Shown: piece by piece, positions 17,866 through 28,431 of the stretch | Numbering within the stretch: position 1 is the first letter of the stretch | Layout of the letters: each line of letters begins with the position of its first letter | Source: a virus | Lineage: Duplodnaviria > Caudoviricetes | Direction: 5' to 3' (one strand) | IMG/VR virus record: IMGVR_UViG_3300030433_001259 | Span: 1 to 38,442 of that record | Length of the DNA stretch: 38,442 nucleotides | The notes under the pieces: model-generated | What the model was told of the DNA's origin: nothing | Seen by the model: the letters and a program-made list of their open reading frames with translations, nothing else | Databases searched by the model: none | Program-made: the position numbers and the translations under genes

Positions 17866-19407
17866 TTATGTTATTGTTAAAAAATCACTAGTAGTTAACT
17901 CCATTGTAACAGTAGCATTACCAAATTTTACAATCCTAACACTACCAGTTATTGTTGCTACCGTTGGAGTTGTTTCGTCGTTCACTTCTGTTTTTAAGTT
18001 ATACATTTCTAATTGAGTACCACCATTGTTAGCTGAAACTGAGTGAGTCCAGTTTGAAGCAGAAGCATCTGTGCTAGACCAAGAAGGGTTATTATGTGTG
18101 GTAAACTTAGTACCACTAACACCTTTAGTTGCTACGTATGTAAAATCAAAAGTACGAACAGGGGTTTGTGTGCCAACTCTATTACTTAATTGATTTATTG
18201 TATGATTAGCTTTTCCTACATATCTTATAGTGGGGCTAGCTACTGTATAATTACTACCATCAGAAGCTGTTAGGTTTAAAGTTATATCAGCAAGCTGACT
18301 AATCGTTATTTCAGGAGACAAAGTTGACAATATTGTAGTTGATCCTTTTGGTTGAACTTTAATTTCATAAGTATCTGTACCAGCTGGGAATTCTTGTATT
18401 ACTGAAACAAAACCTCTACTAGGTATTGTTGCCGAGTGGCCTTTTATAATACCAGCTATTGGATGAAAAATATCAGCGTTAGATGTACCTGCATCAGTGC
18501 TCATCACAGATGTGTTATTACTATTTTTTATTATTGTTAAATCAAATTGCGAGCCAACGTCACCATATACTTTTATTTCTCTACGATCACCTTTATCTGA
18601 AACTTGATTTGAGCCATATACAATATTTTTTATCAAATCAGTACTAGTTACAGCTTTTTTAGCTGAAGCGTTTATAAAAGCGGCTGTATGATTAGTGCCT
18701 ATTGAACTCGCTGAAGGATGTGGTATTTGTACATCAGAAATAAAAAACACGTCCATTATATACTCTGTTATCCTACTATTACTATCTCTTGTTACACTAT
18801 TTACTTTTAAGCTTATATTAGGAGCTTGTGGCTCAAATAATCTAGTAAAACTTAAAGTAGGTTGTGATAAAAAATAATAACCACTACTAGCTGTTATTTT
18901 TATTTGAGCTATATTTGTAGATTTATTAGCTATTAAATTTTGTATTGTTAAAACATGTATTCTAGTATTATCAACCACGCCTACGTTAAACGTAGCGCCC
19001 GTTGGTTGATCACTAACAGCCATACTGGTTGTAACATTAGGATATTCATTTAAATCAAGAGAAACAACTAAAGTGTTTGTTCCTAAGTTAACATCTTGCG
19101 CTGCTAATAATTTTGCATCACCAGCTATATCTAAATTAATAGTTTTACCAGCTGTTACAGTAAATAAAGGTCCAAACGTTACAGTAACTGTTATATTGTT
19201 GCTAGGCGTCCCAGCTGTACCGGTGTCAGTAAAAACAACTGATGTGACGTTATCAGGTAATGTTGATATAGAAAAATCAGATGCTGTTACTACATAACCT
19301 GACTTAGGTGATATAGTTAATGTTCCAGAAGTAATCATGTTACCACCTATAACAGAATCTCCTATTTTCTCAGTAAACTTAAGTGTTGTTGATGTGTAAT
19401 TAGCCAT
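17866..19407 (-). CDS. Thr/Ser-rich all-beta (Ig-like repeat) tail-associated protein
   Basis: 513 aa with recurring LTISPKSGY / IKITASSGYY / LTASDGSNY beta-sandwich-like units; lies within the tail module. Confidence 0.6.
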   Translation of the reverse strand: MANYTSTTLKFTEKIGDSVIGGNMITSGTLTISPKSGYVVTASDFSISTLPDNVTSVVFTDTGTAGTPSNNITVTVTFGPLFTVTAGKTINLDIAGDAKLLAAQDVNLGTNTLVVSLDLNEYPNVTTSMAVSDQPTGATFNVGVVDNTRIHVLTIQNLIANKSTNIAQIKITASSGYYFLSQPTLSFTRLFEPQAPNISLKVNSVTRDSNSRITEYIMDVFFISDVQIPHPSASSIGTNHTAAFINASAKKAVTSTDLIKNIVYGSNQVSDKGDRREIKVYGDVGSQFDLTIIKNSNNTSVMSTDAGTSNADIFHPIAGIIKGHSATIPSRGFVSVIQEFPAGTDTYEIKVQPKGSTTILSTLSPEITISQLADITLNLTASDGSNYTVASPTIRYVGKANHTINQLSNRVGTQTPVRTFDFTYVATKGVSGTKFTTHNNPSWSSTDASASNWTHSVSANNGGTQLEMYNLKTEVNDETTPTVATITGSVRIVKFGNATVTMELTTSDFLTIT

Positions 19408-19417
19408 TTTTTATATT

Positions 19418-22400
19418 TTACGCTGGTGGATAATTTGTTTGATTTATTACTGAAATAAGCTGCCCTTGAGCACCGTCATCATCAGTGACTATTATTGTGT
19501 AAGTACCAGGGCCTCCTTCGCCATTAGGATTAGAAACAATTGTTGTGTATGCTTCAGTGAAAACAAGGCCACTTAATCCATATTGAGAAGAAACTGAAGG
19601 GCTTATTTTCTCATAACCATTTGGCCCTTGAATATTAAAAACATATGGAGGCTGACCACCGCTAGCCTGAAAGAAAAAGAAACCATCAGGACCAACAAGT
19701 GGGAGAAAATTAATATTTATATTAAGCGTACTAACCACAACTTCTTCTTCTGTTTGAGTTGATGGTGTAGTAGTACCTTCATCAACAGGATTTTCTAATG
19801 GAAAGCCTATACCTTGTAAAGATAATTCACTAGGATCAATATTACCTATAGCGGTTTGTATTCCACTTATTTTATTAAACCATTTATTTTCTTTATTTAT
19901 AAATTCAAATAGCTTACCATCTTGCATATCAGTACTAAATAAATCTACGTGCCAACCCGTGCTTGCTTGTAAATTATAGTACTCACCATCGCCGTCATTA
20001 GCGCCAGCGTAAGTTTCTATAACATTGCCATCGTCATCGGTGTGAGTTGTTATTTGACTTATAGCAGCTTTAGATCCTTCATAAATTACAGTTTTAAATG
20101 ATTTAACTACGCTAGCTTGATCGTTGAATACTACTTCTATTTCTGAGGCGACAAAATCATCATCATAAAACGTGTTTCTACTAACATCTTCATCGTAATG
20201 CTCGTATATTTTATATGTGTTTGAAGTTATATATTTTCCGTTTACAGAAACTCCAGATGAAGGGACGAAAGATTTAAAGCTAACCCAACCTTTACTACCT
20301 TCGTTAAACGAAACTGTTATTGGTTTTATCGCTGGTGTGGTTACACAACCACTATCGGGACATGTAACTGACTCTACTTGATACTCTTCTGCTATATTTA
20401 AAGTTAAGTTATACTCACCATTAACTACGTCGAAGGTTCCAACTAAGTCATCACAAAGTTTTAAGTGCTCTCTAAAATAAGATTTCATGCCCACATTAGA
20501 TATAGGCGTTAAACCATCTTGTGATAATCTTAATACAGCACCTCTTTGCTTATCCGAAAAATATAATCTATATTGGTCATAAGCCAGTGACTCAGGGTTT
20601 TTTGATATACCATAATCCCCAGCAAATGGTATAGCTTGTCCTAAAGTTTTACTTGTAGCAGTTAAGTTTGTATTACCATCAGCATTAAATACAGCATCTT
20701 TATTTGCTAGCACCCTTAAAACTTTATCTTCACAAAAAGTAATTAAGTCTGTATCTCTAGTCTTTAAAGCTTGTATAGAACCATATGCTGGGTTTAAATT
20801 TTTAGTAATTTTTTCAGCCATATTAAACTGATTAAGCTCATTAACACTTGATATAGAATTATACAAACCTGAGTGTATTAATCCACTACCTATTCTTTCT
20901 TGACCGTATTCTAAAAACGTTGAAGAAACTTTTATCCCATTATTTATTGTTGGTGCATTAAAGTCATCGCGTATTCTATCTGACTCTACTCCGTTACCAA
21001 ACGAATAACAATTAAACCACCTTAATTCTGTTGGGTAGTTCCAAACTTCTTTATCTATCTTGTATACACCAGTTTTGTTAATAATAGTAACATTTATATT
21101 ACTAGCATTAAAAACTAAAGCGTTTAAATTTATTGTTATTAGATTAGCGGCCAAATCAACGCTTTGAACTACCGTGTTTTGCGCTATTGATCCTTCTGAA
21201 ACTACTTCGTCTCCAGCAGACACGCCATCTAAACCGCCACTTAGTGTTTCTGTATCTATTATTAGTAGACTTGGGTCAGCTCCAATACTACACGTAAAAG
21301 TTAATTCATCAGAAGAAATAGGTATATTAACGCCATTAGCAAAAGACGTTACTTTGTAATGATCTAATATTTTAGATCTAGTAGTAGTTCCATCCTTATG
21401 TAAAAATTTAATTTCATCATTTATAAAAAACTCTTTGCAATCAGATAATACACCATTAATATTTTTTTGTATTCTAACCCCATCGTCTCCATAATTTTCT
21501 ATTGCAAAAGCTGGGCCGCTTAATGCTATAGGCTGTGACTCATTTTGAGAATTAACTCTAACGCCAAAAACTTGACTAGCTTTCTTTAAATTTGTAGAAG
21601 CTTTAGTAAATAATTGAATGTTACCACTATTTAACTCTATAGGTATAGCACCACTAGCTTCATAATAAATATCTAAACCAACGTCTTCTTTAGGTTCTGT
21701 TTCCCAACAAGCTGAATTTGTTATAACACTATCATCTTGCAAGTCTTCGTCAGGCATTCTTTCTAATATCTCTATAGTAAAACTACCCATACCATTATGA
21801 GACACTTCGCCTCTTGGATCCCAAACGGTAGTATCTATACCAGATCCAACAATAGCACCACCATCTTGATCAAGCTTAGCAAACCTAGTAATTATAGAGT
21901 GCCTTATATTTAAATTATCAGTGCTACTAGCTGAAAAATTTTTTGCATTAATATTAACTGGACCTTCATATGGGCTAGCATCACCAGTAAACGGTAGATT
22001 ATTTATAGCGTTATTAATATCTTGCTGTATAAAAGAAACACGATACACATGTCGATTAGGATCCGCCGTGAATCTAAATAACGTACCTTCTGTTTGCATT
22101 AAAGATTTAAATACAGCATCTTTACCATTAGCAAACCCATCTTGCGTACCTACGCTTGAGAAAGTAAGTTGGCCTTTAAGACCATTAAAAGCTGGTCCTT
22201 GTGCTAAACCTACAGGTTTCCAATTAGGTAATATTCCCGACTCCCAGTCAAACACGGTATTTTCACTAGTCATTGCTGTTGTAAAAACTTCTAATCCTTG
22301 ATGAGAACCAAATATAGTATGTAAAGCTGGTTGATTACTATTAAGCGATACCAGATCACCACTTATTGGGTTATTAGCATAAAGAGATACACCTTCATCT

Positions 22401-25400
22401 AACCAAGTAGCACTAACGAAGTCTTGCATGCCTCCGTCTCCATGAGAAAAATACGGCATCACTTGCAATCCAAAACCATTAACAGTGCTCAAGAAAATAT
22501 CAGAAGGATACGCTATTTGATAACCAGTATGCGCTGTTATTTCGTCAATAAATATATTTGTAGTTCTAGCAGTATTTGTTTGCTCTTGACTTGCGCTATC
22601 GTTTAAATAGTCTTCACCTTGACTGTACCACCAGTTCCAAAAATTTTCTGTTTCCACTGGATCACCTGGCCCAACTCTAGGTACAGGTTTAGGGCCCGAT
22701 TCATCATCAAAAGGTTGGCCTATATAGGGTTCTACAATTTCCTCTAGAACATCTAAATCACTTTGTGTTGCAGCGTTTGGATAATTTGGAGCAGCTATAA
22801 GATCTTCAATATTAGTAGATGTAAATACAGAATCAGCTGGCCAGGCTGCACCAGCAAAATCACCAACAGTAGCAGGGTTATTAGCCGTACTTGATATATA
22901 ACCTATTTCATAGGTGTCTATAATATTATATAGTCCAGATGTTTCGTTTAAAACTCTAGATCGTAACGTGTTATCTTTTTTTATTTTAACAAAAAATCTA
23001 CCATCAAACTGAGGTTTATTTTCTACAACTTCATCTCTAAGTTCAATATAATATTTAATTGCGTCAGGATCATCATAATTGTCTACGTTTGCAGTAGTTA
23101 TTTCAGAAGGATCTTCAATAATAGCAGATATTTTTTGAAACATATCTACTTCAGATTGTGAAAAAGTATCTTTTAATACAAGTGTACCATCACCGTTACT
23201 GCCATTAGTTGCTACTTTAGTAACAACTTTAAAAGGACTAAAAGCTTTAACTATTGCTCCATTACTTGTTGTAAACTGACCGACTATCCTTACTTTTTTA
23301 GTACCTTTAAATTTTTCGTCAGTTATTCTTAATTCTTCCCAAGCACCGTCTGTTGTTCTAATTACAGTCTGGTTTATTAATTTGTCTGGAACACCACTTG
23401 TAACAGTTGCAATATCATTAGTGTAAACATTATTTCTGTTTATTAGAATAAGCGCGTAATCATTTTTATTAGTTTTAATATAATCAGGCGCTTCATTTTC
23501 TATAGCTAATATTTTATACCTAGCTTCTTCTTTTACTGGAACTTGAGTTCCGTGTTCGTTTTTTAATATTAAATAAGTTTCTTCATCAACCTTATTTCTA
23601 TCAGCAGAAGCAAAGGCTAACCAAACATTACCATCTCCAGCATCATACCACCTATCCATCACTAAATTGTGATACTCATTAGACGTTTCTTTTACATAGT
23701 ATTTAATATACTCAATCCAAGGTTTACCATTATAAAGAAATGCAGTTGGATTACCTCCCCAATTTTGTTGTAAACTAAATCTATTACTAAAGTCACTGAA
23801 GTTTTTATCTAAATATATACTACCTGAGTTATCATTACCGTTATCATCTTCATAGCCATATGCTATAACAGGGGTTTCTCTACCATACTTATCACCAATA
23901 ACAATACCAAATTTATATTCTCTATCTGTTTTAACTGACTTAGCTGGAGCTGGGAAAGATATTGAGTCTGATATTATTGATTGGGTTAATCCCGCTGGGT
24001 ATTTTAAATCATAGCCTTGTAAATAGTTTCCGTAAACAAGTCTATTACCTGTTATTTCTTGAGACACAGCGGTCTTAGGAACGTTATCCCAAGATCTTAG
24101 TAATTGATTTGAAGGAAGTACTCTATGTATCATCTCAGAGCTTATTTGTAGCTCTCCTGTATTTATTTCATTTTCATCTGTAAAATTTTTCCACTCAGCA
24201 TCAAATCCTCTAGTTATAGTTTTTATTATATATACATTGGCATTATCTGTCGTTTTCCAAAGTATATCTATAGCTTTTACGTCGATAGGCCTTATTGATA
24301 TGTCTGGTATAAAACCTGTTATAATTAGCTCTCTAACATTATTAGTCATACCATCATTAAATCCTTGACTAGCTGTATAAGAAAAATCACCAGGTAAAAA
24401 AGCTAATTCTGAAAAAGGAGAAAATGAAGAACACTCGTTGTCTTCGTATTTATATCTATAACCAAATCTACCAAATTTAGTTTCAAATAAAGGTCTTTTT
24501 TGCTCTAATTTAAACTCCCAATCACTTGGATTGTCATTTGATAAAGCCGCGTCTACAAAACTTAGCACAACAGTATAAGTATTTTCTTCTAAATTAAAAT
24601 TAAACGCTTGGGTATCTACAGTACCTATAATTACAATTGGATCAAAATTGTCATTAGCACTAGTGAATTTAAAGGTATCACCATTTAAAATTTCTACGCC
24701 AGCTGGAAACTGTATCGTTTTTATGCTTCCTTCTATAGGAACTGAAGGTACCGAATTTTCATCAATAAAAGAAAAGTCGTTTATAAATCCTGAAATAGCA
24801 CCGTCTCTTTCTTTCTCCCTCATCAGTAAAGTTGGTGCTGATTTTGGGGCTTTACGTATTACTGTAATGTGTTCTTTTTTTATATCTGAAGTTATAACAT
24901 TTTCTAAATCACTAATAATAATTAAATCATTTTCATCAGATAAATTTACTGGATTTTGTACGTAAAGTTGAGTTTGGTTGTAGTTAGTATCTGTACCAGC
25001 TTTTGATCTTTTTATATTTATTTTTTTAGGCTCATCGTTACCATCTGTAAAAAATAATAAATCGTCTATAACATTTATACCTGTTATTAGTTTGTCTTGT
25101 CTAAAGTTTAAAACTCTTTCTTTGTGAATAAATTTAAAAGCAACACCTGTGTTTAAATCACCTGTTTGCTGTGCGGCCAATGTAAGTGTATTTGTGGTTG
25201 AATTTAAATCTACTATTTCTACACCAGGCACACCATCAGTAAAAAGTAAATGATCATTACTACTATTCTGAGCAAACATAACCATACCTACTCTATACGT
25301 ATCAGCGTCTATTACCGTTATTTGGTCATATCCATTAGCTGGCGTACTTTGAGTTGCACCATTTGTTAAATAAGGATCTGGGCTTATATCAGCGCCTGAC

Positions 25401-25888
25401 ATATTAAAAACATCTTGCTTCTGTCCCATTACAGCAAATCTATCTACAAATATTGATCTAGAAGTTTGTGCAACTGTGTCTACTTCTACTATACTATCGA
25501 CAAAAACTTTTTGCGTTTGTGAAGTAGCTTGTGTTATATTTGTTACTGTTGTTTTAGCAATATCTGGAGCGGCAGCAAAGAAATAAGCTTTATCACTTTT
25601 TTCATCGGCTACACTACCAATTATTTTTGTAGAAGGTATAGTACCGTCTGATAACGTAACGTAAGACACAGAATTATAAGCACCGTCGTTACTTGCACTA
25701 CCATCACTAATATGAGAGTTACCTTGTAAATTTTGTACGACACCTGCATTACCCACGCCTTCAGAATCACCATCAGTAGTTCTAACTTGTATATTTAAAG
25801 CATCTCTGTATTGGCCGTTAGGAACTAATCTCTCATCGAGATCTTTGTTCATTTTACCGGCTGTAAAATTGTGTTTAATTTCCGGCAT
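19418..25888 (-). CDS. Tail stabilisation/nozzle (muzzle) protein, P22 gp10-like role
   Basis: N-terminus MPEIKHNFTAGKMNKDLDERLVPNGQYRDALNI, plus ITGINVIDDLLFFTD and GDYGISKNPES...YFSDKQRGAVLRLS propeller-like segments, typical of Bacteroidota podophage stabilisation proteins; follows the ring genes. Confidence 0.75.
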   Translation of the reverse strand: MPEIKHNFTAGKMNKDLDERLVPNGQYRDALNIQVRTTDGDSEGVGNAGVVQNLQGNSHISDGSASNDGAYNSVSYVTLSDGTIPSTKIIGSVADEKSDKAYFFAAAPDIAKTTVTNITQATSQTQKVFVDSIVEVDTVAQTSRSIFVDRFAVMGQKQDVFNMSGADISPDPYLTNGATQSTPANGYDQITVIDADTYRVGMVMFAQNSSNDHLLFTDGVPGVEIVDLNSTTNTLTLAAQQTGDLNTGVAFKFIHKERVLNFRQDKLITGINVIDDLLFFTDGNDEPKKINIKRSKAGTDTNYNQTQLYVQNPVNLSDENDLIIISDLENVITSDIKKEHITVIRKAPKSAPTLLMREKERDGAISGFINDFSFIDENSVPSVPIEGSIKTIQFPAGVEILNGDTFKFTSANDNFDPIVIIGTVDTQAFNFNLEENTYTVVLSFVDAALSNDNPSDWEFKLEQKRPLFETKFGRFGYRYKYEDNECSSFSPFSELAFLPGDFSYTASQGFNDGMTNNVRELIITGFIPDISIRPIDVKAIDILWKTTDNANVYIIKTITRGFDAEWKNFTDENEINTGELQISSEMIHRVLPSNQLLRSWDNVPKTAVSQEITGNRLVYGNYLQGYDLKYPAGLTQSIISDSISFPAPAKSVKTDREYKFGIVIGDKYGRETPVIAYGYEDDNGNDNSGSIYLDKNFSDFSNRFSLQQNWGGNPTAFLYNGKPWIEYIKYYVKETSNEYHNLVMDRWYDAGDGNVWLAFASADRNKVDEETYLILKNEHGTQVPVKEEARYKILAIENEAPDYIKTNKNDYALILINRNNVYTNDIATVTSGVPDKLINQTVIRTTDGAWEELRITDEKFKGTKKVRIVGQFTTSNGAIVKAFSPFKVVTKVATNGSNGDGTLVLKDTFSQSEVDMFQKISAIIEDPSEITTANVDNYDDPDAIKYYIELRDEVVENKPQFDGRFFVKIKKDNTLRSRVLNETSGLYNIIDTYEIGYISSTANNPATVGDFAGAAWPADSVFTSTNIEDLIAAPNYPNAATQSDLDVLEEIVEPYIGQPFDDESGPKPVPRVGPGDPVETENFWNWWYSQGEDYLNDSASQEQTNTARTTNIFIDEITAHTGYQIAYPSDIFLSTVNGFGLQVMPYFSHGDGGMQDFVSATWLDEGVSLYANNPISGDLVSLNSNQPALHTIFGSHQGLEVFTTAMTSENTVFDWESGILPNWKPVGLAQGPAFNGLKGQLTFSSVGTQDGFANGKDAVFKSLMQTEGTLFRFTADPNRHVYRVSFIQQDINNAINNLPFTGDASPYEGPVNINAKNFSASSTDNLNIRHSIITRFAKLDQDGGAIVGSGIDTTVWDPRGEVSHNGMGSFTIEILERMPDEDLQDDSVITNSACWETEPKEDVGLDIYYEASGAIPIELNSGNIQLFTKASTNLKKASQVFGVRVNSQNESQPIALSGPAFAIENYGDDGVRIQKNINGVLSDCKEFFINDEIKFLHKDGTTTRSKILDHYKVTSFANGVNIPISSDELTFTCSIGADPSLLIIDTETLSGGLDGVSAGDEVVSEGSIAQNTVVQSVDLAANLITINLNALVFNASNINVTIINKTGVYKIDKEVWNYPTELRWFNCYSFGNGVESDRIRDDFNAPTINNGIKVSSTFLEYGQERIGSGLIHSGLYNSISSVNELNQFNMAEKITKNLNPAYGSIQALKTRDTDLITFCEDKVLRVLANKDAVFNADGNTNLTATSKTLGQAIPFAGDYGISKNPESLAYDQYRLYFSDKQRGAVLRLSQDGLTPISNVGMKSYFREHLKLCDDLVGTFDVVNGEYNLTLNIAEEYQVESVTCPDSGCVTTPAIKPITVSFNEGSKGWVSFKSFVPSSGVSVNGKYITSNTYKIYEHYDEDVSRNTFYDDDFVASEIEVVFNDQASVVKSFKTVIYEGSKAAISQITTHTDDDGNVIETYAGANDGDGEYYNLQASTGWHVDLFSTDMQDGKLFEFINKENKWFNKISGIQTAIGNIDPSELSLQGIGFPLENPVDEGTTTPSTQTEEEVVVSTLNININFLPLVGPDGFFFFQASGGQPPYVFNIQGPNGYEKISPSVSSQYGLSGLVFTEAYTTIVSNPNGEGGPGTYTIIVTDDDGAQGQLISVINQTNYPPA

Positions 25889-25890
25889 AA

Positions 25891-26775
25891 TTACTTAATT
25901 TGTTTACCCATACCTTTTAGTACTTGTGTAAATTCTTCTATTTTAATATTTGATAATCTAATTTTTGCTTTTCTAGTTTCAGCAAATCTTTCTTTTTTAT
26001 ATCTTTGAACTACATATTCTGGTATATTAGATCTTGTAGATAATATACCATACATTATGTGTTTATAGCAAGCTTCTTCGCAGAATTTATGTACTACCAT
26101 TTCAGAATCGGTACCTAAACCATCACTAACATAATGAAGTATTATTGTTTCTCCTGCTAGTGAAGAACTAAACTTTATTAAACCCCTTAAATTATCTATA
26201 AAATAACTACCATTTATTTGAGAGTATTGAGGGTCTAAACCATATCTTCTACCTTCTGTCGATATCTCTACGTCGTTAGCATAGTTAATATCATATAACT
26301 GATAGTTGACTGGCGTTTGGTTTTCAAAGCTTTGAGAAGTATTACTAGGTGTTTGCTCTGTTAAATCGTTACCAGTAAATTGATAACTGCCATCGTCACC
26401 TTGTGATATCGCAAAAGGGTCTGATGTTCTACTAGCTGGATATAAAATTCTTTCTAAACCATCGCTACCAACCCTAACTATTTTTATATAGTTAACATAA
26501 TCTTGAGGTAGTATCATTGATAAAGTGTTAGGTACTTCTATTTCTTGAGATTTAAAAGATTTTAAAATATCATATGTTAACTCTTGTATAGCTCGCATAG
26601 CATGAAACTGCACGTCAGTTCTATTAACTTTTGATATAATTTTACCTTCACCTACATATATATACATAAAAGCATTTATAATATTTTCTAAAGTAACAAA
26701 CTGATAGTTACCGTAATTAGCACTATTATCAGAGTTATAGTAAGATGATTGAGTTGTTCCGTCTAGTAGTCCCAT
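25891..26775 (-). CDS. Tail ring/tubular (head-tail connector) protein
   Basis: 294 aa with an ILPQDYVNY adaptor-type motif; located between the capsid and nozzle genes. Confidence 0.65.
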   Translation of the reverse strand: MGLLDGTTQSSYYNSDNSANYGNYQFVTLENIINAFMYIYVGEGKIISKVNRTDVQFHAMRAIQELTYDILKSFKSQEIEVPNTLSMILPQDYVNYIKIVRVGSDGLERILYPASRTSDPFAISQGDDGSYQFTGNDLTEQTPSNTSQSFENQTPVNYQLYDINYANDVEISTEGRRYGLDPQYSQINGSYFIDNLRGLIKFSSSLAGETIILHYVSDGLGTDSEMVVHKFCEEACYKHIMYGILSTRSNIPEYVVQRYKKERFAETRKAKIRLSNIKIEEFTQVLKGMGKQIK

Positions 26776-26777
26776 GT

Positions 26778-27476
26778 TTAACTATTTTGTTCTCGTTTAT
26801 TCATTTCTATACCTGCGGCAGCAGCTTGCTGTACATCAGGTTGTTTCATTATTAGTCCAGCTAACATTAGTATTTTGTATACTAAATTCTCTTCTTCAGA
26901 CGCGTGTAGCTCAAAGTTTTGTAAATCATTAGCATTAGCATTGTACAAGGCTTTTCCGTTTAAAACTACATAAGTCCACTTAGGGCTAGTTGGCTTTTTA
27001 TAATAACTAACTTCAAAAGTTTCAGATATTAAAGAAGGTGCTGGATGTATTGTTACTGTATTAGAATCTTCTCTAACAAAAACAGATCTATTAGTAGTTG
27101 CTTTTATTAAAGGATGGTTTTCAGTATAAGATATTTGACTTTTATTTACTTGAGTTACTTTATTACCAGATCTAGTAATGCCTATCATTTTGTATATATC
27201 AGTTGGCAACGTTAAGCTAGCATTGCTAGTCTCTACATTTGTGTCTATGTGAAACGGATGTAGCTTTTCTTCTAATATCTCAAGTTCATCGGAGTAGCTA
27301 GTTTGAGTTTTAGGCTTCATTTCAGTCATTTTAATTTTATGAAAATAGCTTTCATATATTTCTAACTGAGCCTTATCAGCAAATAAATTAAATTCTTGAG
27401 GTGTTACATAACCTCTTTGTTCTTTATTAGCTAGCGCTAATACTTTTTGATATACACTGTTTACGTCTACTGCCAT
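26778..27476 (-). CDS. Tail ring/adaptor protein
   Basis: 232 aa with LANKEQRGYVTPQEFNLFA, LPTDIY and YYKKPTSPKW; first gene after the promoter motif. Confidence 0.65.
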   Translation of the reverse strand: MAVDVNSVYQKVLALANKEQRGYVTPQEFNLFADKAQLEIYESYFHKIKMTEMKPKTQTSYSDELEILEEKLHPFHIDTNVETSNASLTLPTDIYKMIGITRSGNKVTQVNKSQISYTENHPLIKATTNRSVFVREDSNTVTIHPAPSLISETFEVSYYKKPTSPKWTYVVLNGKALYNANANDLQNFELHASEEENLVYKILMLAGLIMKQPDVQQAAAAGIEMNKREQNS

Positions 27477-27487
27477 TTGTTTCTATT

Positions 27488-27507
27488 TTACTATATTATA
27501 GTTACAT
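27488..27507 (-). promoter_or_regulatory. Repeated intergenic motif ATGTAACTATAATATAGTAA, candidate phage promoter
   Basis: Exact 20-bp match to 17445-17464; lies just downstream of a terminator and ends 11 nt upstream of the ring gene ATG. Confidence 0.7.
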
Positions 27508-27531
27508 AATAAAGCGGAAGGTTAGCCCCTA

Positions 27532-27564
27532 AATAAAAATAGCCACCCAAAATGAGTGGCTATT
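27532..27564 (-). terminator. Rho-independent terminator
   Basis: - strand reads AATAGCCACTCA-TTT-TGGGTGGCTATT then TTTATT: GC-rich hairpin with U-tract directly after the 27582..28409 gene. Confidence 0.8.
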
Positions 27565-27581
27565 AATATTGTTTAAAATTA

Positions 27582-28409
27582 CTAATTCATTCTTTTTTCT
27601 ATATTAGAATAAATTTCCATACCTTCATCAGTCTTAAACCAATGAGCTAGCGCGGTATATGGATGCTCATCAAAAGGAACTGTCATAATTTTTCTACCAG
27701 TAGATCCCCACTCAAAGTGTCTTTGATCTTGTGATAGTTTTATTATATTGTTCTCTACAGCTTTGATGCCAAAGTTTCTAAGTTGAACGTTATCATCTTT
27801 TGCTAATTCTAACAATAACGCTGGGTTACTTCTAGCAAATAATAATAAATCTCTTCTTAATTCTTTAGAGCTTAATTTAGATACAGCAGATCCTTTTTCT
27901 ACTCTCATAATAGCTTCAGCCATATCAATGTCCATTTGTCTAGCCATTATTAAAGCGTCAGTTTGCATTTCAAGTATCTCTAAATGATTTTCTGCTATAA
28001 CTTTAGGCTTATGTTCAAAATAAGTATTTTTTCTTAGTGGGTGATAAAGAGATAATAGTTTTTGTAATACTGTTTTTTCTTTTGGTACAAACAATGCTCC
28101 GTTTCTAAAAACAATATGCGATAATCTTTGATCACCTTTCATTTCATCAACAAAACAAGTTCTTTGATTTTCACAGTACTTAAGCTCTCTTTCATAACCT
28201 TTTTCTTCATCAAACCAATAAATATTAGAAGCTTTTATACTTCTAGTCAAAGGCTTTTGTCTACCTTTTAAAAAATAAGTTCTATCTTTTATTTCCCAAG
28301 TATCTTTTGGTTTAGCTTTTATTTCAGGAACTTTAACCTTAGGTTGTTCAACAACCACTGTTTCTTCAACTATAGGTTCTTCAACCTTAGTTATTTTTTT
28401 CTTTGCCAT
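27582..28409 (-). CDS. Conserved-looking protein downstream of the MCP (possible capsid-associated or cargo protein)
   Basis: 275 aa, low-complexity K/E/V/P N-terminus then a globular/helical domain; flanked by terminators. Confidence 0.6.
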   Translation of the reverse strand: MAKKKITKVEEPIVEETVVVEQPKVKVPEIKAKPKDTWEIKDRTYFLKGRQKPLTRSIKASNIYWFDEEKGYERELKYCENQRTCFVDEMKGDQRLSHIVFRNGALFVPKEKTVLQKLLSLYHPLRKNTYFEHKPKVIAENHLEILEMQTDALIMARQMDIDMAEAIMRVEKGSAVSKLSSKELRRDLLLFARSNPALLLELAKDDNVQLRNFGIKAVENNIIKLSQDQRHFEWGSTGRKIMTVPFDEHPYTALAHWFKTDEGMEIYSNIEKRMN

Positions 28410-28431
28410 AATATAATATATAATATAATTA

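Noticed and set aside
19405-19420. Programmed frameshift or read-through joining the nozzle and the 513-aa gene
   Set aside because: The A-run lies after the TAA stop and the two ORFs are in different frames.
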